Below are positions 1-15,400 of a DNA stretch of 64,000 nt, piece by piece; within the stretch, counting starts at the first letter, position 1; every line of letters starts with the position of its first letter. A program made the position numbers and the translations under genes. Origin of the DNA: Trichoplax adhaerens. Taxonomy: Eukaryota > Animalia > Placozoa. The DNA is taken from the NCBI RefSeq assembly GCF_000150275.1, contig NW_002060951.1, positions 865,186-929,185 of the forward strand. Reading direction: 5' to 3'. A model generated the notes under the pieces. It did no database searches. It saw only the letters and a list, made by a program, of their open reading frames with translations, and was not told where the DNA came from.

Positions 1-149
1 TATAATATATATCTACAGTTTATACAACTACTATTATCCAAATTTTAAAAAATCGTTTTCTATTGTTATTTACGTAATTATGTTTACATGGTTAAATTAT
101 AATTTAGACCTCGATTTGACCGATAATAAAATATTACAAGTATTCTTAC

Positions 150-3100
150 GTGACATTGAGGTGAGGCTGATTTACTATGTGGCAGTATAAATGATAATGC
201 TTCCAATTTACCACCACATGGTTTGTGATTGCTTGCTGATCCATTACATGCGACTTGATCCGAGTCTTGACATTTTACAACTATTTTATAAAGATGCGTC
301 GGAATAGCTACAGAGCCTATTTCGCCGTTTAGCCAACTGAGAATAGAAATGAGGACAATAGCTACTTACTATAATCTATTCTTTTAATTAGCATTCTATA
401 CTAAAGTGGCTACGATACTACTTACTATGAAGGATCGCTCATGACCGTTTCATGATCGGCTTTTATCATTGCTCCTGATATAACAAAAATCCCTCCGTAC
501 TTTTTAGACCATTTATTAATTAACATCTCCAAGTAGTTCCATGGTCCTAGTTAAAGCAAGTTTTAGCATAATAGAATAAGAGGTCAAGATTTCTGTATCG
601 TAGAATATTTACAGCTTATATAAGTTTTCTTCTATACAGGCTAGTCTAACCTGTCTTAAATGCAGCATGGAGCGGTACGATATTAGATAACATATTTGAA
701 TTGGATTGAGTTACCACATCGAAGCTTACATCGCCTTAATCAATTCAAATTTATCAAAATACAAATTTTATGCATTCTTTTTACAATCACACATTGTAGG
801 ACACTAGAATATCTTCTTACTTTTAGGCATGAGATGTCCCTTTTCATAGCTGGAGTTTACATAATTTGAGCAATTAGAAGTCTGTGTTGCAATATCTAAT
901 CGTATGTCACGATGATAGCACGTGTCTTTATTAGGAGAGGCAGTCGATTCCTATCGTAGATATAATTCTCTTATTTTTAGTTAAAACTGTAGTCAAGTTA
1001 TGAAGCCTTTGGAGTTTAGCCTAACCTTATCAGACAGGAAATAACCAGCGAATAAAGGTATATGGTAGATATTACTATATCCAGATATGTATTGCTTATG
1101 ATAAAGTGTACACGTATCCATAGCATTTTCATATTTAGGTACACCCCACGGGAGGTTATGCTGTTCTGAATGTTTTTCTATAATAATTCGAGAAGTACGT
1201 TACAATTTTGCTAGCATGACTGTTTATCAGTTACCGGAATCTTACCTTGCTCAGCAGTCATCTTTAAAGCCTCGTTACTACGAGTTAAATTGGCTCTAAG
1301 AGAAGGCTGTAAGTTAAAATTTGTAAATTTAGTTTCATAGTTATTCTAGTAATAAATGGAATGGTAGTTAATTATAACTTTAAATACTGTTTCAATTAAA
1401 ATATTATTTAAAGATAAAGTCAGCCTAATTGTAAATAGAGAAATGCAAAGATGAGAGAGTCTATAGAATTTTTGAAATTTCATAATAATTATAAAACTGA
1501 AAAGGTAGATTGATAATCATGACGAAGTTGTTATTATGATAGTTCAGGATTTGACATCTTAAAATTGACTTTTAACGTTGAGCTATGATCTATAACTAAT
1601 GAAACAATGGAAACTGCAAGAATTTTGTAGATTTAGTAAATCGCCGACCGTGCGTACTTATCTTGCTGTAGCAGTTTCAGCTAATCACAGCAGTGATCGA
1701 AGTACGGTAGCATGAAGAAGTAGAATAGTCTACAATACTTATAAGGTAATTTCATGATTGCTGGTGATGAAACGGTGTACTTATACTATTCGTACTAACT
1801 ATGTATAAGGCCGTAGAAGTTAGCTATATAAGGTGATGTTTTTGTGTAATGTCTTAATATAACTGTTAGATAATATGGAATTGTTATCGTGGAGACGAAG
1901 TCGATTATCTGATTTATCTTAGCCACTTTCGACTGTTATTATGAGGGAAGAAAAGTGAATTCTTCTCTTATCGAGGGTTCTATTAATAAACGGATACTTT
2001 TAAAGTTAAACATGGAGTCTGCCTGATTTTGTATCGCGTTAGAGATTTGCTCAATTTCAATAACTCAGATTTTTGAGGTAGACCATTTGGAACCTAAGGG
2101 TAGTAAAACCCAAGCACTATACCCGCCTGTTTATGTACGCTTGCTATGATCAGCTATTAAAATAATAATCCTGTCGGTTTCGGATCCATTTGACTTTATG
2201 TAAAAGACTAAATTCTATACTATGATTATTTATTTAATTAAAGTAATACTCACATGGCAAGAAGAACAAATGCATTCAGAGCAATTCTGTCTAGCTGCTA
2301 AGATAGCAGAATCTTGAGGTACTCTGCATACCTTACCTAATGACATAGAGCCGAAGGAATTTAATTATATCGTTAACTCATCTAAATAATTTTAAATTTA
2401 GTGCTTATATTTAATAATGCCTTAATTTTCCTTCCTGATCGAATATAATCCGTCAAGTTAAATTAATTTACCGGGTTGACCAGTACTGATTTTTGAAATT
2501 GGAGGAGGATTCTTGAGAATATGATGTAACCTTCCAAGTGTTCCGTTATTTTTAGCAGGTGGAATATTTAAAACAGCTAGATAGGATTATTCTTATTTTA
2601 TTAGAGGTGTCATAAAGTAAAAACTGAATATTCATAATTATTTTATTATACTTATATAATCTATATTTATACGGAGCAAATATGAAACTCTAAAAGCGTA
2701 TAATTTGAGCTGTCGATACAGTCGGTGCTTTATTTTCTAACTCAAATAAGGACAACTCTAGCATGTGAATGTTTATTGTATTCCTGAACTTACTTGCCAT
2801 CAAGTTATAAATTTCGATATTTAAAAAGGGTTTAATGATAACTCCACTCTTAAATGCTGGCCCGCCTGCTATAAAAATTGTTCTCATATCTGGATCCAGA
2901 TTATTCCAACCATGATTAGCGCCGTGACAGAATGTGTAACGAGGACTGTACCTATGATTTAAATTTTATTTAGCTTTAATCAGCCATAAACGATAGTTTG
3001 CAGATTATTAACGAGACTTACGATTGTCTAACGATCCAATCTTCATCTGGTAGAACTATAATTTCGGGAATACGTCTAAATGAAGCAGCAGATCATTGCA

Positions 3101-6100
3101 TAAAGCTCGGAGTGATATCAATTATCTTCATTAATTACAAAAATTCATTCAACTAACCTGTTATCATAATAGTGCATACGGATTGGCAAGTCTTCTTTCT
3201 TAAATACTTTCCAGTGTTTATTTTTACACTGAAAATACGTGTGTAAAACAGTCGAAGTTAACTTAAGTAGTTTGTAAAAGGCTGAATCGATGCACTTATT
3301 GTCTGAGAAATAATAAATGCACGTATTCTCTAAAAGAATCCTTACCCGCAAGTTTTCTACAACTTCATCAACATTGCCTACAGAAATTGAAGTAAATTAA
3401 GATTTTTACTATTTAATACATTCATGGTTATTTATGGTTTCAAATACTTAAGGTTATCTAGAACTATCCGGTCACATACAGTACACAGTTAACTTGATCT
3501 TATATAGAGTGCAATTTTGGATTTAACAAAGAACAGTACTGCACGTATGATCGAACAATTAAAAGTCAAAGCGAATTTATGTCATGATAATCTTAAAAAT
3601 TTGCATTACTTGTAATTATCTAGTTATATTAAGGATAGAAATCTCTTTAAATATTTATAAATGCCATAGGGAAATATCCAGTAAATTAACTAATCCTATT
3701 GCATTAATAGCCCTCATAAATTAATATTCAATTTCTGAAGCTTATACAGGAAGTGAGACTGTAATTCTATGCCTCACAGTAGAAATTTCTTTTTCTTTAA
3801 TTAATTAATGCCTTCATACTGAAGGTCATCATAAATTATTATCACAAGTGAGATATAAATATTCTGCGTAGTAGGTATAAAAACCTTGTATTCATTGGTG
3901 CTTTTGCATTAAAAGAGTTGACAAATTAGCACTTCATTCATGCGAGTGTCAAGTAGAAGCAAATATCTCATCTCCTATTTGCTAACTTAAACATTGATCG
4001 TATAACAAACGCTAAACTAGTTACTATAATTTTCAAAGCGACGTACCTTCTTTAGTTTGAATACCGCCAAAGGGTCCAGAATTGCGTACATAGACTTCAG
4101 TTGTATTGATATACTACATCAATTACAGATCAAGTAATCAGTTAACGATAGCGAGATCAATATTTTATAACGTTACACTACTAATAATTTATTCATAGAA
4201 AAGATTACCTTGTTGAAATAAAGAATTCGGTTACAGCATGTTTTTCTCATACCTTGAAATGTCAAATAAATAATAAAATTTCACAAGATACATGAATGCT
4301 AGATGATAGCACCTAGTAGATTAAATAGTATTATTCATTAAAGAAATGGCACCATGCTTTATCAGCAATAAACTTAAGTCTTGCATTAAACCTCAAAGTG
4401 TTTTATGCTTACCATGATCTGCGGTTATGATAATATTTACGCAATCTTGCATTCCTCGCTTCTTTAAGCCGTAGAAAATAGCTCCCATTACATCGTCAAC
4501 GATTTTAATTTGCTCATTTACCTAAAATGGATTCAAAATAGTTTATCTTTAATAATGTAAATTTATTTATAACGCAAATTGTATCAATCTAGCCAGGATA
4601 GACATATTGAAGAAATAGAATCTGAAATTATGAAATAAATATTGAAACATGATGGTAGCATACCTCAGCTGAATCTGGGCCATATCGATGTCCTGCAGTA
4701 TCTGGTTGATCAAAATACATGGTTACCATGCTAGGACTGTAGAAAACAGTAGGCCTAGTTAGTCAATTTTCAAACGGCATTGTGGACTGGGCAATCCAAA
4801 AGTATTCAGAAAGCAAAACTTTACCGTTCATCATCAGGCATTTCCATCCATTTAAAAAATTGATCCACGCGATCCATGAAAGGCACTCTTCTATAATACG
4901 TAAATAAGGAAAATATAATACATGCAACGGTCACCTCAGCAAAAAAAATATATTGCGAAGTGCGATATACTTCCATCACAGCACGCGATTATCAATAATT
5001 TATCAACAAATTCAGATCAAGAACGGTAACTACATTTGTGCTACATACCCAGAGTAGGTATACCAATAATTTGGTTGATAGCCTAACAGTGGGAAAGAAT
5101 AGATTATAATTACTATTAACGGTGCGTATTAAATTTCACACAACACAACTAATATCAAGCTAAGAATTTGCTAGTTAGTATTATTTAACTTTTGGTTGGA
5201 TAAAAGAAAGCCCAATGTTCGCGTGCACCAAAAATGTGAATTGAATGCTTTTGATATCGTTTTGCCTCATGAAAATATTATAAGTGCTAAACCATGTTGG
5301 TTATCGCTTTACTAATCATACTACGTTATTACAGTGATTATAATCTACCATAATAGCAATATCATTCTATGCTAAAACTGCTCAATTTTCGAACTTTTCA
5401 ATGTAAATCATTTCTTTAGTTTAGACATCTGTCAAATTCTATGATATCAATTACCTGCAATCTTGGACTCAGAACCGACCCAAAAGTAGCTAGCTGATTT
5501 CAAATTGTGTTTTCTTGCTGTCACCCAAATCTAAAGATAAAAGGGAAACAGCGGTAATATTATAGAATAAATACGTAGTTTGGTCATCACTGATCTTAAC
5601 AGGCAATTTACTCACCGGTTCTCCACCCCACCATCTCGACTGACTCGAATTCTTCGCTCCAATATAAAATTGATCCTTAAAGACAGGATCATAAAAGCTA
5701 TTTCCAATAATGCCATGGTAGGCGGGATACAGACCCTAAATCGTACATGCATAACAAGCGTGACAAATACAATCCCATCTATTTCATCGATCTTTGTAAT
5801 AGAACTAACCGTTACTATAGTATAATGATTGGGAAATGTCTTGGTAGGAAAACTAGATTGCATATATTCGGCTCGAACACCCTCCGCAGCTGTTACATAA
5901 AGCAGTGTTAGGGGGTATAAATAAACCAAGTAAATATTAGAAACGAATTTGCTTTTAAACGATAAATTGAAAAGTTACATATACATACATATATATAGCA
6001 TATATTCTAGTATAAACTAACTTAACTTGATTATTCCGTCTTCGAATTATTTACTCACCAAATTTGGATATATTAGGGGAATATCCGCGATGAAAGTAGT

Positions 6101-9100
6101 TCCAACGAAAGCCATCGAGAGAAACTAGCAACAGCGGTTTGACTTTTCCTCTGATACATTAAGACAATTTAAGAAGCTAGTCAATATCATGACTTGCAAA
6201 TTACAGCAACCATTATAATACTTTCATTGCATCCTATAGCGTGCAGCTCATACTTTTAATAGAAACGGATAAGCTTTTACATACTATGTTAAAATCATAA
6301 ACTATTCTAATTGCATGCATGCATACATACTTGCAAACGCCTGGAATAGGTGGTTTAGTCGGCTTTGAAGTTGTTGGTCGAGAAGTAATGACCGGTGAAC
6401 GCGTTGGTCGCCGAGTCACTGGAGGTACAGTATTAGGAGCTTTAGTTGTTGCACTAGTTGTGCGGGTTATAGTAGAATCCTGTCCGTCTGAATGACTATT
6501 GGCTGCGATATTTTAAATTTACAAGAGTACATTCATTAGAAATGGCTGATAAATTCATTGTACAGCAATATGATTGTAAGATCTCGCTTCCTTCACTTCA
6601 CTTCCATTTGATCAATTTGCTAGAATTAGCAAAATACTTTCTTGTCACAATAAGTACTTATAATTAGAGTATTACTCAACTAGTTAATCCTGAAGGAATC
6701 TTTAAATTTACGTGGCACTACAATGATAAAATAGCCTATAATTCTTATCCAGTGGTTGATTACAACACCACTCTGGTTACATGAATTTAGTATTGACTGA
6801 TAGCTAGTTTATTTATGATTTTATCTGGATGTCTATATATACGTGCATTGTATACGTATAAATAGCATACATTTTGATACTGCTATTTATAGGTTAATAG
6901 ATACGAGCGCAACTTTGTACTTTTTCGCATTCATTACGCAGGTTAGAGGATACTGACTAGAATCTTCGACCAACAACTCTAGGCGATTTATTTACAGTTA
7001 GAATATTGAGTTTATAGTAGTTGGTACATATTGAAGCATAAACTAGTGATTTTCTTCATTAATTAGCATAAAGTTTTGCTTCGTTACCAAGCAGTCATGC
7101 AATGTGTTTATCATCTATCCCATCCATGCTGATTCTATCCCACGTCTGCAACATTTTCACTCTATATCAACAGTCAAATTTACCTGCTCTTTGCGTAAAT
7201 ATACCGATAAGGAGACCAATTGCAAAGGCTACAATGATCAGAATTATCCCGGCAATCTAATTAAAACATTTAGAATTAAAATATCGTAAATTAAATATTA
7301 ATAAGAGTTCTTGGTCTTCACTGAGTTTTGCGTTATGGTCTCGCTTAAACACTTTGCCTGATTATACTTTCTTCTGCGCCGTTGTCTAGATACCTTAGCT
7401 GCCTAGAAATACTAGGCTATATTCCCTGATAAATATACTATATCTACGGTTTAGACATGAGCAAGTCTAAACTAACCTAGAATTACAATTACATTCTATT
7501 GACTCGAACGATATTCAGCATTATAACTCATTTCAGCTAATAATTATAATAATACTAGAAGATCGTGATAGCTAACACCGATCTATACAAACCCTTCTAA
7601 GTGTAAGCAGGTTAGAAACGGATTAACTTACGCTTAAATTTAGAAACAGCCTATTAATCTTATTTAGCTATACGCATATTTAGGGTAGTTTCTAACACTG
7701 GCTAATTAGATTATCATTACTGAGGAATTAATTGCTTTTGGCAATATCTTGAGATCATGTCTTAATTCATGCAGAAATGCCGGATTTTAGTTTATGGCTG
7801 CATATTTATAAGATCATTTATCGCGGTGCCACATTAAGTTATTACAACTCTCTGAAAATGAATATCGCAATCTTGTTAAGTCGTATATTGTATCATGTAT
7901 CGAAGGATTACTAACGAATAAAGGTAAGTTAAGCTAGCAAGGCCTTCTTATTAACATAACTGTAGTTTATTGTGTATTAAATCAAGTATAAAATACAGTA
8001 CATTAGTAGGAGTACCTAACGAGCTTCACCAAGCTTAATTTATATTCATTATTTGCAACTCTAAAGTTAACAGATGTAGCATACAATCACAGAAATAGGT
8101 GTTAAAATTAAGAAAATGTCAATTGTTATTAAGGAAAAGGCTATATCGTATGCGAAGTGAAGGTAATTAGTACCGTAAGTATTTTCGAAGTAACAGCTAA
8201 TTTAAGACATTCATAGCAATAAGGAATTATAATTCTATCATTATTTCACGTAACTTTAATAGATTACAGTATAATTTGCCGTAGCGAATTTATTCTATGT
8301 TTAAATCTTACCAAATAGGATCTTTTTATTTTACCATCCGGTTGCTTCTTACTTTCTTCTTCAAATTGCGCCTTTCAACAACCGTATTGGCGTGGTTGAA
8401 AGGTAATACAGCAGAGAGAAAATAATAAATTTTATGCATATACTCTGAGTCAGGTTAAGTTTCAAGAATTAAATTAGTAGAGATTAATCTATAATACAAA
8501 TTGTTAATTTACACTGGATGAGAGAAGAAATACTAGTTGCTGCAATCTGCTAGGCAGAAAACAAGTACATCACTCTCATTGATTACCAAATAAATTAAAA
8601 TCACCTATGCATTACTGCGGTGAACTCAACATTAGATGAATCAATAGCAAATTTGAACATGATTTACTAGTTATCTTCAATTTTAAGAAGCTATTTATGG
8701 GAACCGAATCATAGTTAAGTAAACTGCAGCTAAATTGAATTATCCTGTTCGATTGGTGACCTTCAGCAAGATTTTTGATATAACTTATATCGCTAGGATG
8801 GGTTAAGCAAGAATATCTCACTTAAATCATCCAATATCAATATTTAATAAGCTCTATATCTATATTTCTAACAGTTTACTAATAACTGCCACTGAATTGT
8901 TTTAGTATAACTTTATATCGCTAGAATGGATTAAGCAAAAACATGTCCCTTAAAATATCCAATATCAACATTTAATAGATTCTATATCGCCATCTCGAAC
9001 AATTTGCCAATAACTGGTATTGATCATCATACGACAAGCGCTTCCTAAAACTTTCTACAAGGAATCCTATAATTTAACTCAGCAATATTATCACTTTTTA

Positions 9101-9122
9101 ATTTTACCTTTTCACTAAACAT
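150..9122 (-). CDS. ENPP-family paralog A: type II membrane ectonucleotide pyrophosphatase/phosphodiesterase with degenerate C-terminal nuclease-like domain; multi-exon, final exon lies beyond the window start
   Basis: Manually spliced exons give MFSEK (9108-9122), TM helix IAGIILIIVAFAIGLLIGIFTQ (~7184-7256), Thr/Pro stalk (6331-6502), LDGFRWNY, catalytic [51 protein letters not shown] and a nuclease-like domain (YEKGHLMP, SNIVPL, IPTHLYK). Splice sites are GT-AG. Confidence 0.92.
8779..9023. repeat. Diverged direct duplication of ~120 bp (two copies, period ~128 bp) in intron 1 of ENPP-A
   Basis: TAACTTATATCGCTAGGATGGGTTAAGCAA...CCAATATCAATATTTAATA...AATAACTG at ~8779-8895 recurs as TAACTTTATATCGCTAGAATGGATTAAGCAA...CCAATATCAACATTTAATA...AATAACTG at ~8907-9023. 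Confidence 0.85.
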
Positions 9123-12100
9123 TTTTCTGCCTTTCCTTCTTTATGATCACAAGAAATTTTCTTATCTTCCGTTAAACGGAAGCAAAATGAACCAGTTTAA
9201 GCAAAAAAAAAAATAAGAACAGCAAACGCTAGTATAAATTGTTATGAAATTTACTATGGGAAGATGTGATTGGACAAGATCGATTAAGCCACGTGCTTGG
9301 ATTCCTATAGTTTCTAATGTCTGGACAAATAATTATATCTATAATTTACTTGTAATGTGTACGATATTATGATCAATTTATAAGAGGCTTAAGTGCATCG
9401 ATTATTTAAGCAGTCCAACCCTATCTTGAACATATAATCTCGTAATTTAGACTTTAACTAGCAATAATAATATGACTATGTCGACTTAAAGTGTGATCGT
9501 ATATAAATATGCTAATGTTATTAGCTTTCTAGTTGCGATAAATGTTCACGAATAGCCAGGCAATCATCGCTAGATTAATAATAATACCATCAGAGCCAGT
9601 TAAAGGGAGATCTTATATAAAATTCGGCTTTTATTATTTTTCTAGGTTGCAAAAGATCTTAATAAAGCATTAAAAATAGCAAACAGGATATAGAGAAATC
9701 AATGGTTAGTTCAATAACAAAATAAAACGTCAAGAATAGGAATAATAACAGCGTAAAGTTTTTTGCGCTGATATAATCTATAGTGTTGTGATGTTATTAT
9801 TGTGAATTCATTAAATCTAGAATCAGCGAGATTGTGCATACAGTCTTTACTTTATGCCCTGATAGTTAATGCAAATAAATACTATCCAATGATATTATAA
9901 ATACATAGGAAGAATTCCTCTATAGCCTAACCTAGTAATAGGGGCGATTTGCATAGTTCTATTTGTCATTATATTAGTTAAAATTAGGCAATTAATAACA
10001 AACATTAGATAATTTATATTTTTCTCTTAGGACTTACGCTAAAGAGAATAATATAGCAATATAGCAATGATATTAGAAAATTCAAGATTAATCACTTCGT
10101 AGGCTATGATAATCATTTTGAATGTTAGTGCAATAGAATTTGCTTCCTGAAACATGATATCGGACATTGAAAATAGCTTGTGTATGATGTATTTGTAAAG
10201 ATTTTGGTATTATTTCATACTTAATACTTAAGTTATGAAAGCTTATCTGAATATAAACTGAACGAGTATCAACGTTATAACAGTTGGAATTGATTTGCAA
10301 TTACTCTACTTAATCTAATCAGATCGCCACCATATTTGTATCATGATTTAAACACAGTACCTGGCACAACGTAATACTTGCTTTAAATAACTTAAATAGT
10401 AACTTAAGTTAGCTCCTCCTGATTGGAATTGCGAACTTTGTCAACCACAAGTAAACAAATAAATAAGTTCATCAATCGCGTCAGTAACTGCTAAATTAGC
10501 TCCGCTAGTGCGAAATAGCTTAATGATGCAGAGTTATAAGCTTTTATCTGAATTTTCTATCGAAGTAAATCACGCACATATATAAATAAACTCATCTACT
10601 TAACAAAATAAACTGACTAATGGTTAGAACTGATGTATCTTAACTGGAATAGCCTCAGTAGATAGACTAGAATCTCATTGTTTTGGTTATAATCCCCTTA
10701 GGTTGATATTGTGACATACAATGGCTACCAACAGTATAGGATGAAAGTTTTAAATATTCTGAAAGTCAATCCATCGATTGTTACATCAGTGCAAATCAGT
10801 AAATTTGATACTACAGCAAGCCCTACAAAATCGATGATCGGCCACTTAAAATGACTTCAACTCAGAATATATTTGCCAGATGTTACTAAGAGTGATGTCG
10901 TCAATTCAAAATTACCTTCTATAGAGCTTACTTGGATTAATTTTCTAGCGTTATCTATTCAATTACAGAGTAAAGTAACAAACATTAATAAGGAACACAC
11001 CACTTTTAATTTTTAGCGTTAGTAAAAAGCCTAAATTCTTATTGTAAATAGTTCATGACAAATTTTCTAAGGCGATAAGTAATTTTCGATTCTCTGCAGT
11101 TACCCTAACTGTCGTAGTTTATAAACTCGTAGCAATTATTTTATTATTTAGTCAAACATTACTAACAGATTGACCCTTATACAATCACCTTAGTAAACGT
11201 ATAGTAATTGAATGATTGATTTGCTTACATCGAGAGCTAATTCATAACATACGGTAATTCAATGAGAATACAATACAAAATCCAAACAGCTATTTGTTTA
11301 AGCGAATATTTTTCTAGTAGCTTTGATGATGCTACCGTATATTGAGCTAGTACACTAACAAAAGATGAGATAAATACATAGGCTATTTTGTTGAGCAGTA
11401 TCTTAAAGAATACATATATTTACGCCTATCAAATAATTTCTGTAACACTTGACAGCTATTGATGCTAGATACTATCATATAATTGAGTAGCACTAGTACG
11501 ATTATATTATGATAAAATCTAATGATTGAAATATGAGTGAATTTCTTTTCTATACAGCAAGAGTTATATATTTTTCCTTAGTGGTATGGTTTAAGATATT
11601 AAATGTGATAATGTGATTGATTTAGAACTAGACAGTTGTAAATATTATGGTAAAATTGCAATATTCAACTATTAATGGATTTCCATCAACGACTGTGTAG
11701 ACGTAGGTTAAGTACTATGCAATATACAGTGTTATAATCAAAATTGCAGTTGTCACACTTTTAAATTGTTTATTGGAATAAGTTACTGTTGGCTCATAAT
11801 ATATAATTAACACATATATATCTTCTATAAAAATTAATATAATTGCCTGCGTATAGAAAATACTATATTCCGATATAGGAAATGATTAACAAATTGCACA
11901 GATGGAATTTGGCACAAGTATATAAGGAAGTGCACTTGTACTCAAGGAAGGAGTAATTTAAGCTGCGTAGTGTAATAACAGTGAATAAAGCTAGCTTTTA
12001 ATATTACTTAAAAGCTTCTAGACTGGCTCTTACCGTTGACTAAGGTCTTTTGCGAAGGAAGTGAAAATAGTGACGCTTGGTAGCAGTCTTATAGTACGGT

Positions 12101-12418
12101 AGAAGGCTTTACAGGTAATTATAGAAAAAGGATTCATTGTAGCAAACGGCGTTATGACACTTAGATTAGAATAATATTGACAATCGCGATATTGCGATTA
12201 ATACCCGCGATATGCAAGCGACGTTTTAAGATAGATGCAATTAAGCAACATAGCTGACAAATGAAAACGATTATCGTTAATGACGTTATATTAAAATAAT
12301 ATTCTGTAATTCTAAAATTGATTTCCAGCTACAGTACACTATATCTCAGTATTACAACATATATATTTCACCATAACAGTATATCATGAAGTCGTATATA
12401 CTATAATCATGATGTTTG

Positions 12419-15400
12419 TCAATCAACTTGTGATAATGTAAATTTGCGTAATTGCTCTAGCAAAGATCGAATTTCTTGCTTGCTTTGATCGATAGAGATA
12501 TTTTCTTGATTTTCATATAGCTGTGCAATATGTGGATGCTCATGTTCAAAGTCTGTTGATAAAATTACAAGTGATTTCTCAATCATCGAAATGCCTTCTT
12601 CATGCCTGCCCTGATCCAAATAAACACCTCCAATTAGGCCATATAATTCACCGATATCGGGATGACCGTGATCAAGGACTAGTAATCGAATTTCAAGTGA
12701 TCTATTATACATAGAAATAGCTTCTTCGTACTTATCCTGATCTTTGTAGAGACTTCCTATGAGAGCATACGAACTAGCAACTTTAGGGTGATGGTGATCA
12801 TGGACTAATAATCGAATTTTGAGTGATTTCTGATACACAGAAAGAGCCTCTTCATACTTGCCTTGATATCGATATGTACTTCCCATGTTGTCATACAAGT
12901 CAGTTATATCAGGATGATTCTCACCAAAGACTAATAGCATTATTTTAAGCGACTTATCATACATGGAAATTGCCTCTTCATATCTGCCCTGGTTACAATA
13001 GACATTTCCTATGCTGAAATATAATATAGCTACATCGGGATAATTGTCATCATTGACCGATAATTGAATTTTCAGTGACTTCTCATACATAGAAATTGCT
13101 TCTTTATACTTTTTCTGATTATTATAGATATCTCCTATCTGGCGATATGAATTAGCAACATTGGAATGATTACAACCATAGACTAATAATTGAATTTCTA
13201 ACGACTTTTGAAACATAGAAATAGCTTTTACATACTGACGGCGATGACGATACATCAATCCCATGTTGCTATAGGATAAAGCAATATCAGGATGATTGTG
13301 ATCAAGAGTTGATAATTTAATTTCGAGCGATTTCTCTAACATAGAAATTGCCAATTCATCTTTACCATGATCAGCATAGGTAGCTGCCATGTTGTTATAC
13401 AATAACGCAATAGCGGGATTATTGAAGCCAAATTTTGATAGGCTAATGTCGAACGACTTCTTAAACATAGAAATAGCCTCTGTATGCTTGCCTTGAAGAC
13501 AATATATACCTGCCAAGTTGTTATATGATGTAGCTACTTTGCAATGATTGTGGCCGTAGACTGATAATAGAATTTTGAGTGATTTCTCATACATAGAAAT
13601 AGCCTCTTCATACTTACCCTGATCCATATAGACAACTCCGATTCGGTTATATAATCCAGCAATTTCGGAATGATTCTGGCCATAGATTGATAATAGAATT
13701 TCTAATGATTTCTTATACATGCTGATAGCCTCTTCAAATTTGCCCTGTTTATAATAGATAGTTGCTATATTGCTTCCTGATCCAGCTGCATCTGGATGAT
13801 TTTCACCATGGACTGAAAGTTTAATTTTGTGTGCCTTCTCAAACATAGAAATGGCCATTTCATATTTACCTTGACTGCTGTAGGTAGAACCCATGTTGTT
13901 ATACACTACAGCAACATGATGATCATCATGACCAAAAACAGAAATTGAAATTTCGAGCGCCTTGTTGTAACTAGACAAAGCCTCTTTATAATTGCCCTGA
14001 TCATCGTAGATAGATGCTATACGATCATATACTGCACTAACATTTGGATGATTGGGACCAAGGACTGATACTTGAATTTCCAGTGATTTTTTAAACATTA
14101 ACATGGCTTCTTCGTACTTATTCAGTTTTGAATAGGCCTCTGCTACGTAAAAATATGATTTAGCAGTTTCGGGATGATTACGACCAAGGGCTGATAATTG
14201 AATTTTAAGTGCTTTCTCAAACATAGAAATGGCTTCTTCATATTTATCCTGCATTTTATTGATAATTCCAATGTTGTAATATGATGAGGCAATATCGGAA
14301 TGATTCGCATCCAGAAGTGCTAATTGAATTTCAAGTGCTTTTTCGTGCATTGAAATAGCCTCGTCAAGCTTGCCTAGATGAGATAGCAAAGTTGCCAGAT
14401 TGTTATATGATTGACTAACAACAGGATGTTTAGGACCGAAAAATGATAATCTAATTTCGAGTGCCTTCTTATACATAGAAATACCCACTTCTTCGTTTTT
14501 CAGATCGCTATAGACATTTCCCATGTTGCTATATATCGTGGCAATATCAGGATGATTGCGACCAAAGATCAATAATAGAATTTCAAGTGCCTTTTTATAC
14601 TCAGAAAGAGCCTCAGTATACTTGCTCTGAAAATAATGAACATTTGCAATACCCATATGTGAAGAAGCAACTTTGAAATGATTATAACCAAAAACCGATA
14701 ATCGAATTTCGAGTGCCTTTTTATGTGCAATTATGGCTTTGTCATAATCGCCATGAAATGTATATGCATGTCCTATAGAGAAATATGATGCAGCAATCCC
14801 AAAATAATTCAAGTTTGATAGAAAAATTTCAATTGACTTTTCCAATATTATAATAGCTTCTTCATACTTGCCCTGATTCGTATACTCATTTCCAATGTTG
14901 ACATAGGATTGAGCAACATGGATATGATTGGAACCAAGAACTGACAATCGGATTTTAAGTGATTGTTCGTGCTTGGAAATAGCCTCGTCATACCTTCCCA
15001 AATTGGAGTAGACACTTCCCAGGCTGTTATACGATACAGCAACATCGAGATGATTATGACCGAGCACTGATAATTGAATTTTGAGTGCTTTATCATACTG
15101 GGAAATAGCTTTCTCATACTTCCCCTGATTAGAATACACAGCTCCCATGTTGTGATAGGATGCAGCAACATCGGAATGATTGTGACCAAGGACTGATAAT
15201 CGAATTTTGAGTGCCTTTTCAAATGTTGATATAGCTTCTTCGTATTGATTCCGATTGAAATAAACACTTCCTATGTTATTCAGAGAGTGTGCAACATCAG
15301 CATGATTTTGACCAAAGACCAATAAACGAATTTCGAGTGACTTCTCATACATAGAAATAGCATCTTCAATCTTGCCCTGATCATAAAAAACATTTCCCAT

